Origin: Gemmatimonadota bacterium
GTDB lineage: Bacteria > Gemmatimonadota > Gemmatimonadetes > Gemmatimonadales > GWC2-71-9
Reading direction: 5' to 3'
NCBI GenBank assembly: GCA_036679605.1
Contig: JAZDCZ010000157.1
Span: forward strand, 1-42,854
DNA length: 42,854 nt
The position numbers were made by a program, and so were the translations under genes. This document shows, one piece after another, positions 18,933 through 29,945 of this stretch (positions are counted from its first letter, which is position 1; each line of letters opens with the position of its first letter). Below the pieces are notes generated by a model. The model saw only the letters and a program-made list of their open reading frames with translations. It ran no database searches and was not told where the DNA came from.

Positions 18933-21132
18933 TGCTGGACTAAATGCCGCACAAAAAGAGGCAGTCGAATACCGTGGTGGTGCTCTTATGATCCTGGCGG
19001 GTGCTGGGTCCGGAAAGACCCGCGTACTGACCACCCGGTTGGTGCACTTGGTCGAGCACGACGGTATCCAGCCCCAGAGTATTCTCGCGGTTACTTTCAC
19101 AAACCGGGCGGCGGGAGAAATGCGGGAGAGGGTCAAGGCGATGTTGGGTCGAGATCCTGCAGGCCTATGGATCGGGACCTTCCATTCGATTTCTGCTCGG
19201 TTGTTGCGGCGCGAAGCGAATCTGATCGGTTTCACGCCGCAGTTTACTATTTACGACGAGCGCGATCGGTTGGCGTTGATAAAGCGGCTACTCGAGCGCC
19301 ATGGCTATTCCCATCGCACGTTTCCTCCAAAGCAAATCCAATACATCATTTCCTCCGCAAAGAACCGGCTCGTTTCGGCGGAGGAACTCGGTGCTGAATC
19401 CGATGAGCGAGTCACCCGTGTAGCTGCCGAGATATACCACGCAATGACGAAGGCGTTGCAAAGGGCCAATGCAATGGACTTCGATGATCTGCTGATTCAT
19501 CCGCTCACTGTGTTCAGAGAGCACCCCCATCGACTGGAAATGTACCAGCGCCGGTTCTCCGCCATTCTGGTCGACGAGTTCCAGGATACGAATCGCGCGC
19601 AGTATCTAATGGTGCGGCAGCTCGCCGCTCGAACCAAAGAGATATGTGTCGTCGGCGACGACGACCAATCCATCTACAGTTGGCGTGGCGCAAATGTCGG
19701 CAACATGCTTGACTTTCAATCCGACTTTCCGAACGCCCACTTGATCCGCCTCGAGGAAAATTACAGGTCCACGCAGGTCATCCTGGATGCTGCGAACGGT
19801 GTGATAGAGGAGAACACCGGGCGTTTGGGCAAGACCTTGTTCACCAAGAGACAGGGTGGAGATCCCGTATGCGTTGTTGCGGCTGCAGACGAGCGAGATG
19901 AAGCCGAATGGGTGGCTCGTGAATTGAGAGAGCGAGCGGCTGCGGACGATTTCGCGTTCAGCGATATGTCTATTCTTTATCGGACTAACGCACAATCCCG
20001 TGCTCTGGAGGAGGCGCTGAGAAGATACAGCGTTCCCTATCGAATTGTCGGGGCTGCGGGCTTTTACGAACGGAAAGAAGTCAAAGATCTGATAGCGTAT
20101 CTGCGACTAGCGATAAACTCCTCGGACGACGAAGCATTCATGCGCGTGGTCAACCTTCCAAGGCGCGGCATTGGTACGGCTAGCATCCGAACTCTGCAGA
20201 TGACAGCAGCTGACTGGTCGAAGCCGTTTCTGGAGACGGCTGCTATCGCGGATCGCATAGTCGATCTGCGGCCCTTAGCGAAGGAGCGATTCATCGGTTT
20301 TGCCCAGCTGGTCGATGAGCTTCAACGCGCGGCATTGGTTATGGACCCGTCTAGTCTTCTGGAACGAATAATCGAGTCAGTTGGTTACGAATCCTACCTC
20401 TCGCAAGACGGTGCAGAGGGAATCGAACGTATGGACAACGTACGAGAACTAGTTGCCGGAGCCGCAGAATGGTGTGAGGAAACTCCAGATGAAGAGGTGG
20501 GCTCCTTGGCAGAGCAGTACCTGGCTAGCGCAGCATTGGCATCTCCCACCGATACCGTGGGAGGTGACCCCGATGGTGTAACTCTCATGACAATGCACAG
20601 TGCTAAGGGTTTGGAGTGGTCAGTCGTAGTGATAACCGGTATGGAGGACGGGCTCTTCCCTCTCAGCCGGTCGCTGGAGTCATCTGACGCTACGGAAGAG
20701 GAACGGCGCCTTGCTTATGTCGGCATTACGAGAGCCCGTTACCGCGTCTATCTAACTTGGGCCCGGACGCGGCGGCGCGGGGGGCAACTGTTGCCAGGAA
20801 TGCCGTCCCGATTTCTCGATAGTCTTCCGCCCGGGATCGTATCAGAGAGGCAGACGAGCGGGATCTTTGGCGGTGACACTTCCCGCCGTTCGAGCAAGCC
20901 AAGTTGGATGGCGTTTGAGGAGATCGACCCAGCGACCATTTCACAGGACGCACCAAGGTATGTCAAGGGAGAACGCGTTCGGCATGGCCGCTTCGGATCC
21001 GGAACGATCGCGGCAGTATCAGGCCGCGGTCGCGACCTAAAGGCCGTCGTGAACTTCGATGATGACGAGGTCGGTTGTAAGCATCTGCTCGTCGCGTATG
21101 CCGGCCTCGAGCGTGATTGGGAGAGCGCCTAA
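18925..21132 (+). CDS. pcrA: ATP-dependent DNA helicase PcrA/UvrD
   Basis: AGAGSGKT, DEFQDTN, GDDDQSIY, EEERRLAYVGITRA, C-terminal Tudor-like RVRHGRFGSG. Confidence 0.96.
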   Translation: MIDAGLNAAQKEAVEYRGGALMILAGAGSGKTRVLTTRLVHLVEHDGIQPQSILAVTFTNRAAGEMRERVKAMLGRDPAGLWIGTFHSISARLLRREANLIGFTPQFTIYDERDRLALIKRLLERHGYSHRTFPPKQIQYIISSAKNRLVSAEELGAESDERVTRVAAEIYHAMTKALQRANAMDFDDLLIHPLTVFREHPHRLEMYQRRFSAILVDEFQDTNRAQYLMVRQLAARTKEICVVGDDDQSIYSWRGANVGNMLDFQSDFPNAHLIRLEENYRSTQVILDAANGVIEENTGRLGKTLFTKRQGGDPVCVVAAADERDEAEWVARELRERAAADDFAFSDMSILYRTNAQSRALEEALRRYSVPYRIVGAAGFYERKEVKDLIAYLRLAINSSDDEAFMRVVNLPRRGIGTASIRTLQMTAADWSKPFLETAAIADRIVDLRPLAKERFIGFAQLVDELQRAALVMDPSSLLERIIESVGYESYLSQDGAEGIERMDNVRELVAGAAEWCEETPDEEVGSLAEQYLASAALASPTDTVGGDPDGVTLMTMHSAKGLEWSVVVITGMEDGLFPLSRSLESSDATEEERRLAYVGITRARYRVYLTWARTRRRGGQLLPGMPSRFLDSLPPGIVSERQTSGIFGGDTSRRSSKPSWMAFEEIDPATISQDAPRYVKGERVRHGRFGSGTIAAVSGRGRDLKAVVNFDDDEVGCKHLLVAYAGLERDWESA

Positions 21133-21191
21133 GCGAAGCCAATAGCTAGAGGTCCAGGACCGGTCCGAGTAGGTCAATTGCTGGTCTCTCC

Positions 21192-22112
21192 CTAGGAGCG
21201 CCATGGCCTCTGACCTTCCCAATTTGACCAGTATTTGAGGTCGTAATCGGGGAGTCCAAAGTGCTCACGAGCGAAAGATCTCAACGTGGGATGGTCTCCT
21301 GGAAATCTGTTCCTCATCACATCGATTCGTGTCCGCTTGGCCAATCGCAGCGAAGATTCGCCCGATGGGTCTAGCCTGCGAGCGGCGGCGCTCTCTCCGG
21401 CCATCACCTCCATTATGAGTTCGAACGAGGCGGCCATTTGCCGCTCGATCACGTCCGTCCCCAAGTCCCAACGGCTCTTGTCTGCCAAGACCTGGAATGC
21501 GCGTTGCCAACTCTGGGTTTCGGTGACGCCCACCATACCGCGGAACACCCGGCGACCGGTCCGAACAGAAAAAATTGTTGGAGCAAGAATGCGGTCGAGA
21601 TGAGCATCGGCACGTGAATGATCGAGACGAATGATATCCATCGCCGTGCGCGAGTAATGCTCTCCGAGATGAGTCTCGAATCGACTCTCCCAGTATGAAT
21701 GACCCAGCGCGATGGTTCGAGATGTTACAACCAGTTGTTGGGGAACAAAAAAATTGTGAGCCACCGTATCTGCAGACAAGTGTGACATATATCCCAAAGC
21801 GAACGCGCCCAAGGAATCTGTTTCGGCACTCTCCTGTATCTCTTGAGCAATTCTCCACGAATGGCAGTGTCGACCTATCGGCGCGTATTTCTTTGCGATG
21901 GAGGTATCGGCGGCAATGTTGCCATACAGGTAATCAAGGGGAAATGCCCGCAGCAAGTCAGCGACCGGTTGTGGCAGTAGCGGCAAGTTCGAGAGGACCA
22001 GTTCACCAAGGAAGATATGGGTGCCGGGCGTCCATGCGTGGGCCGTGTCCGGGACCAAAACCAGCAGGACCGCCGCTATGACAATCGCCGTGGCACAACG
22101 GCCGACCTTCAC
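21192..22112 (-). CDS. Zinc-dependent phospholipase C/P1-nuclease superfamily protein
   Basis: Signal peptide followed by mature N-terminal W-xxx-TH (AHA|WTPGTH); GYMSHLSADTVAHN and HSYWE Zn ligands. Confidence 0.8.
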   Translation of the reverse strand: MKVGRCATAIVIAAVLLVLVPDTAHAWTPGTHIFLGELVLSNLPLLPQPVADLLRAFPLDYLYGNIAADTSIAKKYAPIGRHCHSWRIAQEIQESAETDSLGAFALGYMSHLSADTVAHNFFVPQQLVVTSRTIALGHSYWESRFETHLGEHYSRTAMDIIRLDHSRADAHLDRILAPTIFSVRTGRRVFRGMVGVTETQSWQRAFQVLADKSRWDLGTDVIERQMAASFELIMEVMAGESAAARRLDPSGESSLRLAKRTRIDVMRNRFPGDHPTLRSFAREHFGLPDYDLKYWSNWEGQRPWRS

Positions 22113-22116
22113 TGGC

Positions 22117-22563
22117 TTAGCGTCGTCGACCCAAGACCGCCCGCTTTACTCGTCGGACAATAGAGCCTCCGCGTCTAGCCGTCCTGAGCGCAGCAGCAAC
22201 GTCGAGTGCCGTATCTTCGACCTCGCCCAGAACCACGTCCAGCAACGCATCCAGATCCTGGAGTCTCTCTTCGACGGAATCGACTGTCTCGTCAACTCTT
22301 CGCCGCAGACCGCGCGAGGTCTTTACGATGGCACCGATCTCGGTTCTGACGATTCCGACAACGCTGCTCGCATCGTCTGCTAGTTTGCGAACGGTTTGGA
22401 GTGTCGGACGAATGTCGTGGTCCAGGGAGCCCGTCAATCGAGTGAGATCCGACGTCAACTTGCGAACGTCACCCATCCATGAAATGAGGGCCATCCCGGT
22501 GAATATCAGTATCACCGCTATTATTGCCGTGGAAATGGCGGTTACCGCCTCAGCCCAAGCCAT
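22117..22563 (-). CDS. DUF948-like membrane-anchored coiled-coil protein
   Basis: GGAGGAG RBS before ATG 22563; N-terminal TM helix followed by coiled coil. Confidence 0.65.
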   Translation of the reverse strand: MAWAEAVTAISTAIIAVILIFTGMALISWMGDVRKLTSDLTRLTGSLDHDIRPTLQTVRKLADDASSVVGIVRTEIGAIVKTSRGLRRRVDETVDSVEERLQDLDALLDVVLGEVEDTALDVAAALRTARRGGSIVRRVKRAVLGRRR

Positions 22564-22667
22564 TTGATTCTCCTCCCGTATCTGGGGGTAAAAGTCCTTG
22601 GACACCGGGCGCGTGTCAAGCGATGCGCCTTGCGCGTTCGCCCAGTGCGCCATATGGTTGCGCAACC

Positions 22668-23957
22668 ATGAGTCAAAGTTTTCGAGTAACGGGTGGGCAA
22701 CCACTCAAAGGGAAGGTGAAGCCTGCCGGCAACAAGAATGCGGCGCTGCCACTAATCGCGTCGACGTTGCTGGCAGACGGGCCTTGCCAGGTAAGAAACG
22801 TTCCACGAATTCGCGATGTGGAAGCGATGCTAGATCTTCTTGCTGACGTGGGGGCCGATTGCAAGTGGGTCGAGTCCAATGTCGTTTCGGTCGATCCGCG
22901 AGGAGTCACCTCCAAGAGGTTGGATCCTGAATTGTGCTCCAAGTTGCGCGCGTCCATCCTACTTGTGGGACCCCTCCTGGCTCGCTTCGGTAGTGTGACC
23001 CTGCCTCCTCCGGGTGGTGACGTGATCGGCAGACGTAGACTCGACACCCACTTCTTGGCGTTCAAGGCTTTGGGTGCAGAGGTGACCATAGGGAAGGACT
23101 ATAGGGTACACGCCAACTCTCTGTCGGGCGCCGACATTTTTTTGGATGAGCCCAGCGTCACCGCTACCGAGAACTGTCTCCTGGCAGCAGTACTTGCACG
23201 CGGACGCTCGGTCGTCCGAAACGCTGCAACAGAGCCGCATGTGAGGGACCTGGCAGAGGGACTGGTCCAAATGGGAGCTTCAATCGAAGGGATCGGAACC
23301 AGTACCCTGACTATTGAAGGAACAACGAGCCTTAAAGGAGCCAGCCTGGAAGTGGGTCCCGATCACGTTGAGGTGGCCTCGTTCATTGGTCTGGCTGCGG
23401 TTACCAACGGCCAACTAACCATAGAGAACGTACGTTCTGAAGATCTGCGCAGCATACTCCTTGCTTTCGATCGCTTGGGAGTGCGGCCGCATATCGACGG
23501 TCAGCAACTCATCATCGATGCCCCGCAGGAACTCCGCATCAGGCCGGACTCTGGCGGCCATGTCCCCAAGATCGAAGATGGACCCTGGCCGGCGTTCCCG
23601 GCCGACCTCACCTCGATAGCCGTGGTCGTCGCTACCCAATGTGACGGAATGATCCTGATTTTTGAAAAGATGTTCGAGTCCAGGCTGTTCTTCGTCGACA
23701 AACTGGTTGCTCTCGGAGCAAGGCTGGTACTTTGTGATCCACATCGCGTGGTCGTATCGGGGCCGTCACAGTTGCGCGGTGGCGTAGTGGAAAGTCCAGA
23801 CATCCGTGCCGGCATGGCAATTCTTCTTGCGGCGTTGGCTGCGGAGGGTGAGAGCGTCATCCATAACATCAGACAGATCGACCGCGGGTACGAGAACATC
23901 GATGGTAGGCTCCGGGCCCTGGGTGCCCAAATAGAGCGAGTGGACTCCGACGCCTGA
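22668..23957 (+). CDS. murA: UDP-N-acetylglucosamine 1-carboxyvinyltransferase (Asp-type)
   Basis: GNKNAALP, LRASILLVGPLL, PGGDVIGRR, SVTATEN, PWPAFPADL, DIRAG, IDRGYE. Confidence 0.96.
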   Translation: MSQSFRVTGGQPLKGKVKPAGNKNAALPLIASTLLADGPCQVRNVPRIRDVEAMLDLLADVGADCKWVESNVVSVDPRGVTSKRLDPELCSKLRASILLVGPLLARFGSVTLPPPGGDVIGRRRLDTHFLAFKALGAEVTIGKDYRVHANSLSGADIFLDEPSVTATENCLLAAVLARGRSVVRNAATEPHVRDLAEGLVQMGASIEGIGTSTLTIEGTTSLKGASLEVGPDHVEVASFIGLAAVTNGQLTIENVRSEDLRSILLAFDRLGVRPHIDGQQLIIDAPQELRIRPDSGGHVPKIEDGPWPAFPADLTSIAVVVATQCDGMILIFEKMFESRLFFVDKLVALGARLVLCDPHRVVVSGPSQLRGGVVESPDIRAGMAILLAALAAEGESVIHNIRQIDRGYENIDGRLRALGAQIERVDSDA

Positions 23958-23976
23958 AACCGGGGCCGAAGCGAGC

Positions 23977-24729
23977 GTGGCACTGTTGTCGGAATCGTTT
24001 CTAGATGATCGCATGTTGCCCCGCTACGAACTGACGGACTGGAGCCGGAGGTATGGTATCGTGGCTGGTGTAACCGCGGCCACACATGGCTTCGACTTGA
24101 ATCTGTGGGGTTCGGAGACGGGCGCGATGGTGATGAAGAGGTGGGCTACTCTTGAGGATGCTTTCCGTGATCAGTTTTCCGGCATCGTCATCAGCCGGCA
24201 GGTCCACGGGAGGCAGATCGGCATTCACACGGGACGGCCTGGCGGACTCCGGATTCTTCAAGAACTGGACGGACACCTGACTGCGATCCCGGGCACCCTA
24301 CTGGCGGTCGCCGTGGCCGACTGTATCCCTATCTACCTGCTGCATCCGGCATCGAACTCAGTGGCTTTGCTCCATGCTGGTTGGCGGGGTGTGGTGGCGG
24401 GCATTCTGGAGGCCGGCATTTCGGCCCTCGTCGAATGCACGGGAGCTTCGGCTCCCGAGATCGTAATGCATTGTGGTGTAGGTATTTGCGGTGATTGCTA
24501 TGAAGTGGGCCCTGAGGTCATGGAGTCATTGGGTGGAGCACCGGCCGCCGGCAACGTGAATCTGGATCTGCGGATCCTCTTGGCGCTAAGGGCCCACGAA
24601 TTGGGGCTCCTCCGGTGCACACAGAGCACTTGGTGCAGCGCCCACGACGGAGATAAGTTCTTCTCCCACCGGCAGTCGCGGGGCAAGGCTGGCCGCATGA
24701 TCGCATATCTAGGTAAGCCCATGACTTGA
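23977..24729 (+). CDS. pgeF: PgeF/YfiH-family protein (purine nucleoside phosphorylase-like)
   Basis: QVHG, VADCIPI, HAGWRG, CYEVG, FFSHR..GRM. Confidence 0.9.
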   Translation: MALLSESFLDDRMLPRYELTDWSRRYGIVAGVTAATHGFDLNLWGSETGAMVMKRWATLEDAFRDQFSGIVISRQVHGRQIGIHTGRPGGLRILQELDGHLTAIPGTLLAVAVADCIPIYLLHPASNSVALLHAGWRGVVAGILEAGISALVECTGASAPEIVMHCGVGICGDCYEVGPEVMESLGGAPAAGNVNLDLRILLALRAHELGLLRCTQSTWCSAHDGDKFFSHRQSRGKAGRMIAYLGKPMT

Positions 24730-24755
24730 CTGGCTTTGAGGCGTAGCGATATATT
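24726..24755 (+). promoter_or_regulatory. Sigma70-type promoter of the rimP-nusA-infB operon
   Basis: TTGACT-18 nt-TATATT. Confidence 0.6.
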
Positions 24756-24765
24756 TAGTCTCTGT

Positions 24766-24790
24766 GCGGGCGTAGTGGGCCCGCTTTTTT
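24766..24790 (+). terminator. Leader terminator/attenuator upstream of rimP
   Basis: GCGGGC-gtagtgg-GCCCGC followed by TTTTTT, between the promoter and the rimP start. Confidence 0.7.
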
Positions 24791-24805
24791 GTTGGGCTGA
24801 ACTAG

Positions 24806-25291
24806 ATGACAGAAAGCTTGGATGGTCTCTCGGCTCAGGTTCGTGACCGTGTGGACGCCTTGGGGTTCGAACTTGTAGACCTGAGGAAACGCGGCGCAGG
24901 CAGGCGAGTATCTCTCCAGATACGGATTGATCGGCTGGAATCGGAGAGTGCGAGCGGAGTTAGCACGGGGGACTGTGCGCTCGTCAGTAGAGAGCTCGAG
25001 CGGTGGTTTGATGAGACTGCCATTCTCGGGCTCAACTACGTCTTGGAGGTCTCGTCTCCGGGCATTGAAAGGCCGGTGCGCTGGCCGGAACACTGGCAGC
25101 GATATGTAGGCCGTGAGGTGACTGTCCGGATACCGGATCTCGGTAGGGTACGGGCGAAGATAGTGCGGGTAGTTGAGTCGCGTTCGGTCGTGTTCAGCCT
25201 GCCTGACCGGCGGCAGATCGAGGTATTGTTGAGCGACGCCCGCGATGCGAGGCTGGTGGTAGACTGGTCGACCATTGAGCGACCGCTATAA
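24806..25291 (+). CDS. rimP: Ribosome maturation factor RimP
   Basis: GFELVD, DCALVSR, YVLEVSSPGIERP; first gene before nusA. Confidence 0.94.
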   Translation: MTESLDGLSAQVRDRVDALGFELVDLRKRGAGRRVSLQIRIDRLESESASGVSTGDCALVSRELERWFDETAILGLNYVLEVSSPGIERPVRWPEHWQRYVGREVTVRIPDLGRVRAKIVRVVESRSVVFSLPDRRQIEVLLSDARDARLVVDWSTIERPL

Positions 25292-25316
25292 CGAACTGTA
25301 AGGGTAAGGAGAACGC

Positions 25317-26699
25317 ATGACGGGTCCCGCGCAGCTACTGACAGCGCTTCAGGAGCTTGCGAACATGAAGCAGCTCGACAGAGACGAGCTGCTTGATTTG
25401 CTACGTGATGGTATTCATGCGGCCCTAGCGAGGCGCTACGGCGTTACCGTCCGCGAAGAAATCACTATCGACGACGTCCAAGGCACGATAGTCGTCACAG
25501 TGCTGAAGAGCGTCGTGGAAGAGGTAGAGGATAAGGCCTGTCAGATATCGCTCGAAGACGCACGCTTCGAGGATGAAGAGTTCCAGGTTGGCGACGTGCT
25601 GGAGGAGGAAGTGCCGTTCGAGGCCTTCGGGCGATTGGCCGTGCAGGCAGCAAAGCAGCGCATAATCCAAAGAGTCCGAGAAGGTGAGAGATCGCGCATT
25701 CGTGAGGAATTTGGGGACAGGGTAGGCGAGTTGATCTCAGGCGAAATCCAGCAGATAGAGCGGGGCCGCCTGGTCATTATGGTGAACCGGTTTCGTGAAG
25801 CGGAGGCTATCATTCCGTATCGAGAACAGAACCCGCGCGAGCGATTTCACCAGGGAGATACTCTACGGGCCGTGCTCAAGCGACTCGAGGAGACACCCAA
25901 GGGACCACGCCTGATTCTTTCGCGTGCCGATCCGTTGTTCGTTCAGGCGCTCTTCAAGCTAGAGGTACCCGAAATTCAACAGGGTATCGTTGAAGTGCGG
26001 GCTGCAGCTCGTGAGGTGGGCGGCAGGACCAAGATCGCGGTCGTGAGTCGCGATGACGGGATCGATCCCGTCGGAGCCTGTGTGGGACTGAAGGGCAGTA
26101 GGGTTCAGGCCGTCGTGAATGAACTCGGTGGTGAGCGAATCGATATAGTTCCATGGTCCCCTGACCCTGAACGGTTCGCCAAACTGGCGTTGGCTCCTGC
26201 GCGGGTAGGTCGCGTTTTCGCCGATGCGGATTCTCAGACCATTCAGGCGATTGTCGACGAAGACCAGCTGTCATTGGCCATTGGACGCAACGGTCAGAAT
26301 GTGAGATTGGCCTCGGAACTCACGGGGTGGAAGATAGATCTGTACTCTAGCCGTGAGTGGCTCGACCGAGGAGGCCAGGGTCCTTTGTTCGCACCGCTGC
26401 CACCGGAGGATGAGCTTGCAGCAGACGTAAGGTTGGATGAGTTGAAGGGCCTTCCTGCCGAAGTGATAGGGACTCTGGAGGCGGCCCGGTTCAGGACCCT
26501 CAGGGATGTGCTAGACCTGGAGCGCGAGGACGTCCTGAAAATCAACGGCATGACGCCGGAACGGACCGAGGTTCTATTGAGCTTCCTGGGTGAACTCACG
26601 GAAGAGAATCCGAATGCAGCGGACGGTGAGTCGGCTGAGGGGGCGGGTGAACCGGCTAGCGGAGAATCTGAAGTAACGGAGGCACCGCCGGCAGCATGA
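25317..26699 (+). CDS. nusA: Transcription termination/antitermination factor NusA
   Basis: FGRLAVQAAKQ, DPVGACVGLKGSRVQAV, LAIGRNGQNVRLA. Confidence 0.98.
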   Translation: MTGPAQLLTALQELANMKQLDRDELLDLLRDGIHAALARRYGVTVREEITIDDVQGTIVVTVLKSVVEEVEDKACQISLEDARFEDEEFQVGDVLEEEVPFEAFGRLAVQAAKQRIIQRVREGERSRIREEFGDRVGELISGEIQQIERGRLVIMVNRFREAEAIIPYREQNPRERFHQGDTLRAVLKRLEETPKGPRLILSRADPLFVQALFKLEVPEIQQGIVEVRAAAREVGGRTKIAVVSRDDGIDPVGACVGLKGSRVQAVVNELGGERIDIVPWSPDPERFAKLALAPARVGRVFADADSQTIQAIVDEDQLSLAIGRNGQNVRLASELTGWKIDLYSSREWLDRGGQGPLFAPLPPEDELAADVRLDELKGLPAEVIGTLEAARFRTLRDVLDLEREDVLKINGMTPERTEVLLSFLGELTEENPNAADGESAEGAGEPASGESEVTEAPPAA

Positions 26700-27016
26700 T
26701 GGACAGACGCGGTCTGGGTCTTCTTGGTATGGGAGCCAAGGCGGGAAGCACTGTCGTCGGAACAGCGGGGGTAAGGGCTGCTCTCAAACGCGACGAGCTA
26801 GCGCTGGTTGTGCTTGCGGCTAACTGTAGCCGGCGGACCGACGAGAAAGTGGGTCGCCTCGCTAGAGGAAAAGGTGTACCAACTACGCTCGGACCGACCG
26901 CGAGCGAGTTGGGCCGATCCTTGGGGCGCAGTTCCGTCCAAGCGGTCGGGGTACGCGACAGACATTTGGCTCAGGGTATTGAAGCCGTAACTGCGATGGA
27001 TGGTAGGAGGAGCTAG
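26696..27016 (+). CDS. L7Ae/L30e-family RNA-binding protein (YlxQ-like)
   Basis: LGLLGMGAKAG..VVG, LVVLAANCS, ELGRSLG; conserved position before infB. Confidence 0.88.
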   Translation: MMDRRGLGLLGMGAKAGSTVVGTAGVRAALKRDELALVVLAANCSRRTDEKVGRLARGKGVPTTLGPTASELGRSLGRSSVQAVGVRDRHLAQGIEAVTAMDGRRS

Positions 27017-29664
27017 TGCGCAAGACGCGGATCCATGATCTCGCCGCGGAGTTCGGAATTGACAGCGGGCAACTCCTCAAAATGCTCTCTGATATGGATA
27101 TCCACGTCCGAAGTCACATGTCGGGGTTGGATTCAGATCAAGTCGCCCTCGTCAGAGCCCGATGGGAACGTGAGAAACGGCGTGCGAGCGCTCCAAAAGC
27201 AAAGACGGCCAAACGCGGTCGGCGCCGCGCAGCGGCGACGGAGACAACGGAGCCGGTCGCTCAGCATCCCCGTCGGCGGCGCCGAACCGCTGCCCAGGTG
27301 GCGGCGAAGGCTGCTGAGGAAGCAGAGGCGGAGAAACCGATTGCGGTAGAACCTGAGCCTCTCGTCGAGATCCCTATGACGATAACCTTTACAGAGCCGG
27401 AGGTTGCCGCCGAGCCACAGATCGAGCCAGCGGCGGTATCCGAACAAGATCAGCTGCCAGCCGAGGCTGCCGGAACCATAGACGCGCAAGCAGAAACGCC
27501 CGCATCTTCGGTTGAAACAAAGGTTCCGGCAGATCCCGAAGCTGCTAGCTACCAACGGGTAGAGCCTGTCATACCTCGACGTGTCCAGCGGGCTCCGGTG
27601 AGCCGCTCCCGGCCCCGCTCGGTTCCCGCATCGCCACGACCCGTCGCGTCGGCAGCGCCGGGCGAGGTCGCCGAGGAACGCAAGCGCGACCGTAAGAAGC
27701 GCAGGCGGGGCAAGCGAACTCAGGTGGACCGCGATGCTGTACAGGCGAACATCAGTCGGACGTTGGCATCGATTCAGGGACCGGTTGGCAAGCGGTCACC
27801 GCGCAGGCGCGACGGGTTAGGCACCGCACGCGAGCTTGAGGAGGAGCGCCGCACGGAAGAGAAGGAGCGTGAGAGAACCACCGTGCGGGTGAACGAGTTC
27901 ATAACGGTCGCCGAGTTGGCGGGGATGCTCGATGCACCCGCTACCGAGATCGTTGCGTTCTGCTTCAAAGAGTTGAGCATGATGGTAACCGTGAACCAGC
28001 GGCTCGATTTCGATCAGATTGACTTGATCGCCGGAGCCTTCGGGTTCAATGCCGTTCGCGAGGAGGGCTACACCTCCGAAACCGAAATAGCTGTAGCGCA
28101 GGTTGAGGATGAAGACGATTTGGAGCCGCGTCCTCCGGTAGTCACCGTTATGGGTCACGTCGATCACGGCAAGACCTCCTTGCTCGACTACATCAGGAAG
28201 GCCAATGTCACGAAGGGTGAGGAAGGGGGCATCACACAGCATATCGGTGCCTATCATTTTGAGATCTCGCCGGGAAAGGTCATAACCTTTCTCGACACGC
28301 CAGGCCACGAAGCGTTCACAGCCATGCGCGCCCGGGGAGCCCAGATTACCGATCTGGTCGTGCTGGTAGTCGCCGCTGATGACCAGGTCATGCCGCAGAC
28401 AGTCGAGGCGATCAGCCACGCCAAGAACGCTGGGGTTCCGATTGTCGTGGCGATCAACAAAGTTGACCTTCCGAGTGCCGACTCGGACAAGGTCAAGCAA
28501 GATTTGCTAAAGCACGACGTAACCCTAGAGGACTTTGGCGGTGAGACTCTGTGCTCTGCCATTTCGGCAAAGACGGGTCAGGGTGTGGATGAACTACTCG
28601 AGAAGATTCTCTTGCAGGCTGAGCTGCTGGACAATCAAGCAAACCCGAACCGATCCGCTGCGGGAATCGTAGTCGAGAGTACCCTCGATCCCGGTAAGGG
28701 GCCAGTGGCAACGATACTGGTCAAGAGCGGCACACTGAAGGTCGGCGATCATTTTGTGTGCGGCAGTCAGGCCAGCCGAGTCCGGGCGATGCTCGATGAG
28801 CACGGGGCTCGAGTGAAGAGCGCCGGGCCATCCATTCCGGTGCAAGTGCTGGGATTCACCGGCGTCCCACAAGCTGGAGATTCGCTCGTCGTCATGGCAA
28901 CGGCAGAGGAGGTTCGCGAGATCGCACAGCGGCGCCAACGTCTCGATCGCGAAGCCGATCACCGTCGCACCTCGAGAGCTGTGAGTCTCGAACAGCTTGC
29001 CAAGCGTATCGAAGAGGGGAAGGTCCAGCACCTCAACATCATTATCAAGGCTGACCAAGGCGGCCCCGCAGAGGCCCTGGCCGATGCGTTCGCTCGACTT
29101 TCGACCGACGAAGTTCGGGTGGCGGTGGTTCACCGGGGAGTAGGAGCGATCAATGAGAGCGACGTGATTTTCGCCAAGGCAGCGGATGCGGTGATCATCG
29201 GATTTCACGTGCGGCCGGATCGTAACGCTCGCGTTGCCGCAGAGCGGGAGAAGGTGGATGTCAGAACTTACCGCGTGATTTATGACGCTGTTGAGGACGT
29301 GAGGCAGGCCCTCGAAGGAATGTTGGCACCGGAAGAGCGTGAGACCATCTTGGGAGAGGCCGAGGTACGCCAGATCTTTAAGGTCTCGGGGGTGGGCACC
29401 ATTGCAGGTTGTTATGTGCAGCAAGGAATAATCCGACGTGGCGCCCGTGTGCGGGTGGTCCGGGACGGAGTCGAGATCTACGACGGCGCCCTAAATAGTC
29501 TAAGACGATTCAAAGACGACGCCCGCGAGGTAAGAGAGGGTCTCGAATGCGGTATGGGGATCGAGAATTTCAACGACATAAAGATCGGCGATATTTTCGA
29601 GCCATATGAAGTGACACAGGTCGCCAGGACCCTCGAGGCCGTGGGGGCTGAAAAGGGCAACTAG
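27016..29664 (+). CDS. infB: Translation initiation factor IF-2
   Basis: [42 protein letters not shown]. Confidence 0.99.
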   Translation: MRKTRIHDLAAEFGIDSGQLLKMLSDMDIHVRSHMSGLDSDQVALVRARWEREKRRASAPKAKTAKRGRRRAAATETTEPVAQHPRRRRRTAAQVAAKAAEEAEAEKPIAVEPEPLVEIPMTITFTEPEVAAEPQIEPAAVSEQDQLPAEAAGTIDAQAETPASSVETKVPADPEAASYQRVEPVIPRRVQRAPVSRSRPRSVPASPRPVASAAPGEVAEERKRDRKKRRRGKRTQVDRDAVQANISRTLASIQGPVGKRSPRRRDGLGTARELEEERRTEEKERERTTVRVNEFITVAELAGMLDAPATEIVAFCFKELSMMVTVNQRLDFDQIDLIAGAFGFNAVREEGYTSETEIAVAQVEDEDDLEPRPPVVTVMGHVDHGKTSLLDYIRKANVTKGEEGGITQHIGAYHFEISPGKVITFLDTPGHEAFTAMRARGAQITDLVVLVVAADDQVMPQTVEAISHAKNAGVPIVVAINKVDLPSADSDKVKQDLLKHDVTLEDFGGETLCSAISAKTGQGVDELLEKILLQAELLDNQANPNRSAAGIVVESTLDPGKGPVATILVKSGTLKVGDHFVCGSQASRVRAMLDEHGARVKSAGPSIPVQVLGFTGVPQAGDSLVVMATAEEVREIAQRRQRLDREADHRRTSRAVSLEQLAKRIEEGKVQHLNIIIKADQGGPAEALADAFARLSTDEVRVAVVHRGVGAINESDVIFAKAADAVIIGFHVRPDRNARVAAEREKVDVRTYRVIYDAVEDVRQALEGMLAPEERETILGEAEVRQIFKVSGVGTIAGCYVQQGIIRRGARVRVVRDGVEIYDGALNSLRRFKDDAREVREGLECGMGIENFNDIKIGDIFEPYEVTQVARTLEAVGAEKGN

Positions 29665-29945
29665 TGGTTGTGGGCATTCGGGTTTGGGACCTGCACCTCA
29701 ACGGTTGCGGATCCTTGAAAGACAAGCGGCGCATCGTAAAGAGTTTGAAGGACCGGCTCCACCGCCGTTTCAACGTCTCAGTAGCAGAGACGAACCACCA
29801 GGAGCTATGGCAGCGGTGTGAGTTGGCGTGCTGTGTGGTCGGCACCGACCGCCGACATGCCGAATCGGTACTCAGTTCTGCCGACGGATTGGTATCGGTA
29901 GAGGAACTTGCACGCGTAATCGATTCATCCAGTAGTTTCCGTTGA
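29664..29945 (+). CDS. DUF503 (YlxP-like) protein
   Basis: SLKDKRRIVKSLKDRL..FNVSVAE; conserved infB-rbfA position. Confidence 0.9.
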   Translation: MVVGIRVWDLHLNGCGSLKDKRRIVKSLKDRLHRRFNVSVAETNHQELWQRCELACCVVGTDRRHAESVLSSADGLVSVEELARVIDSSSSFR

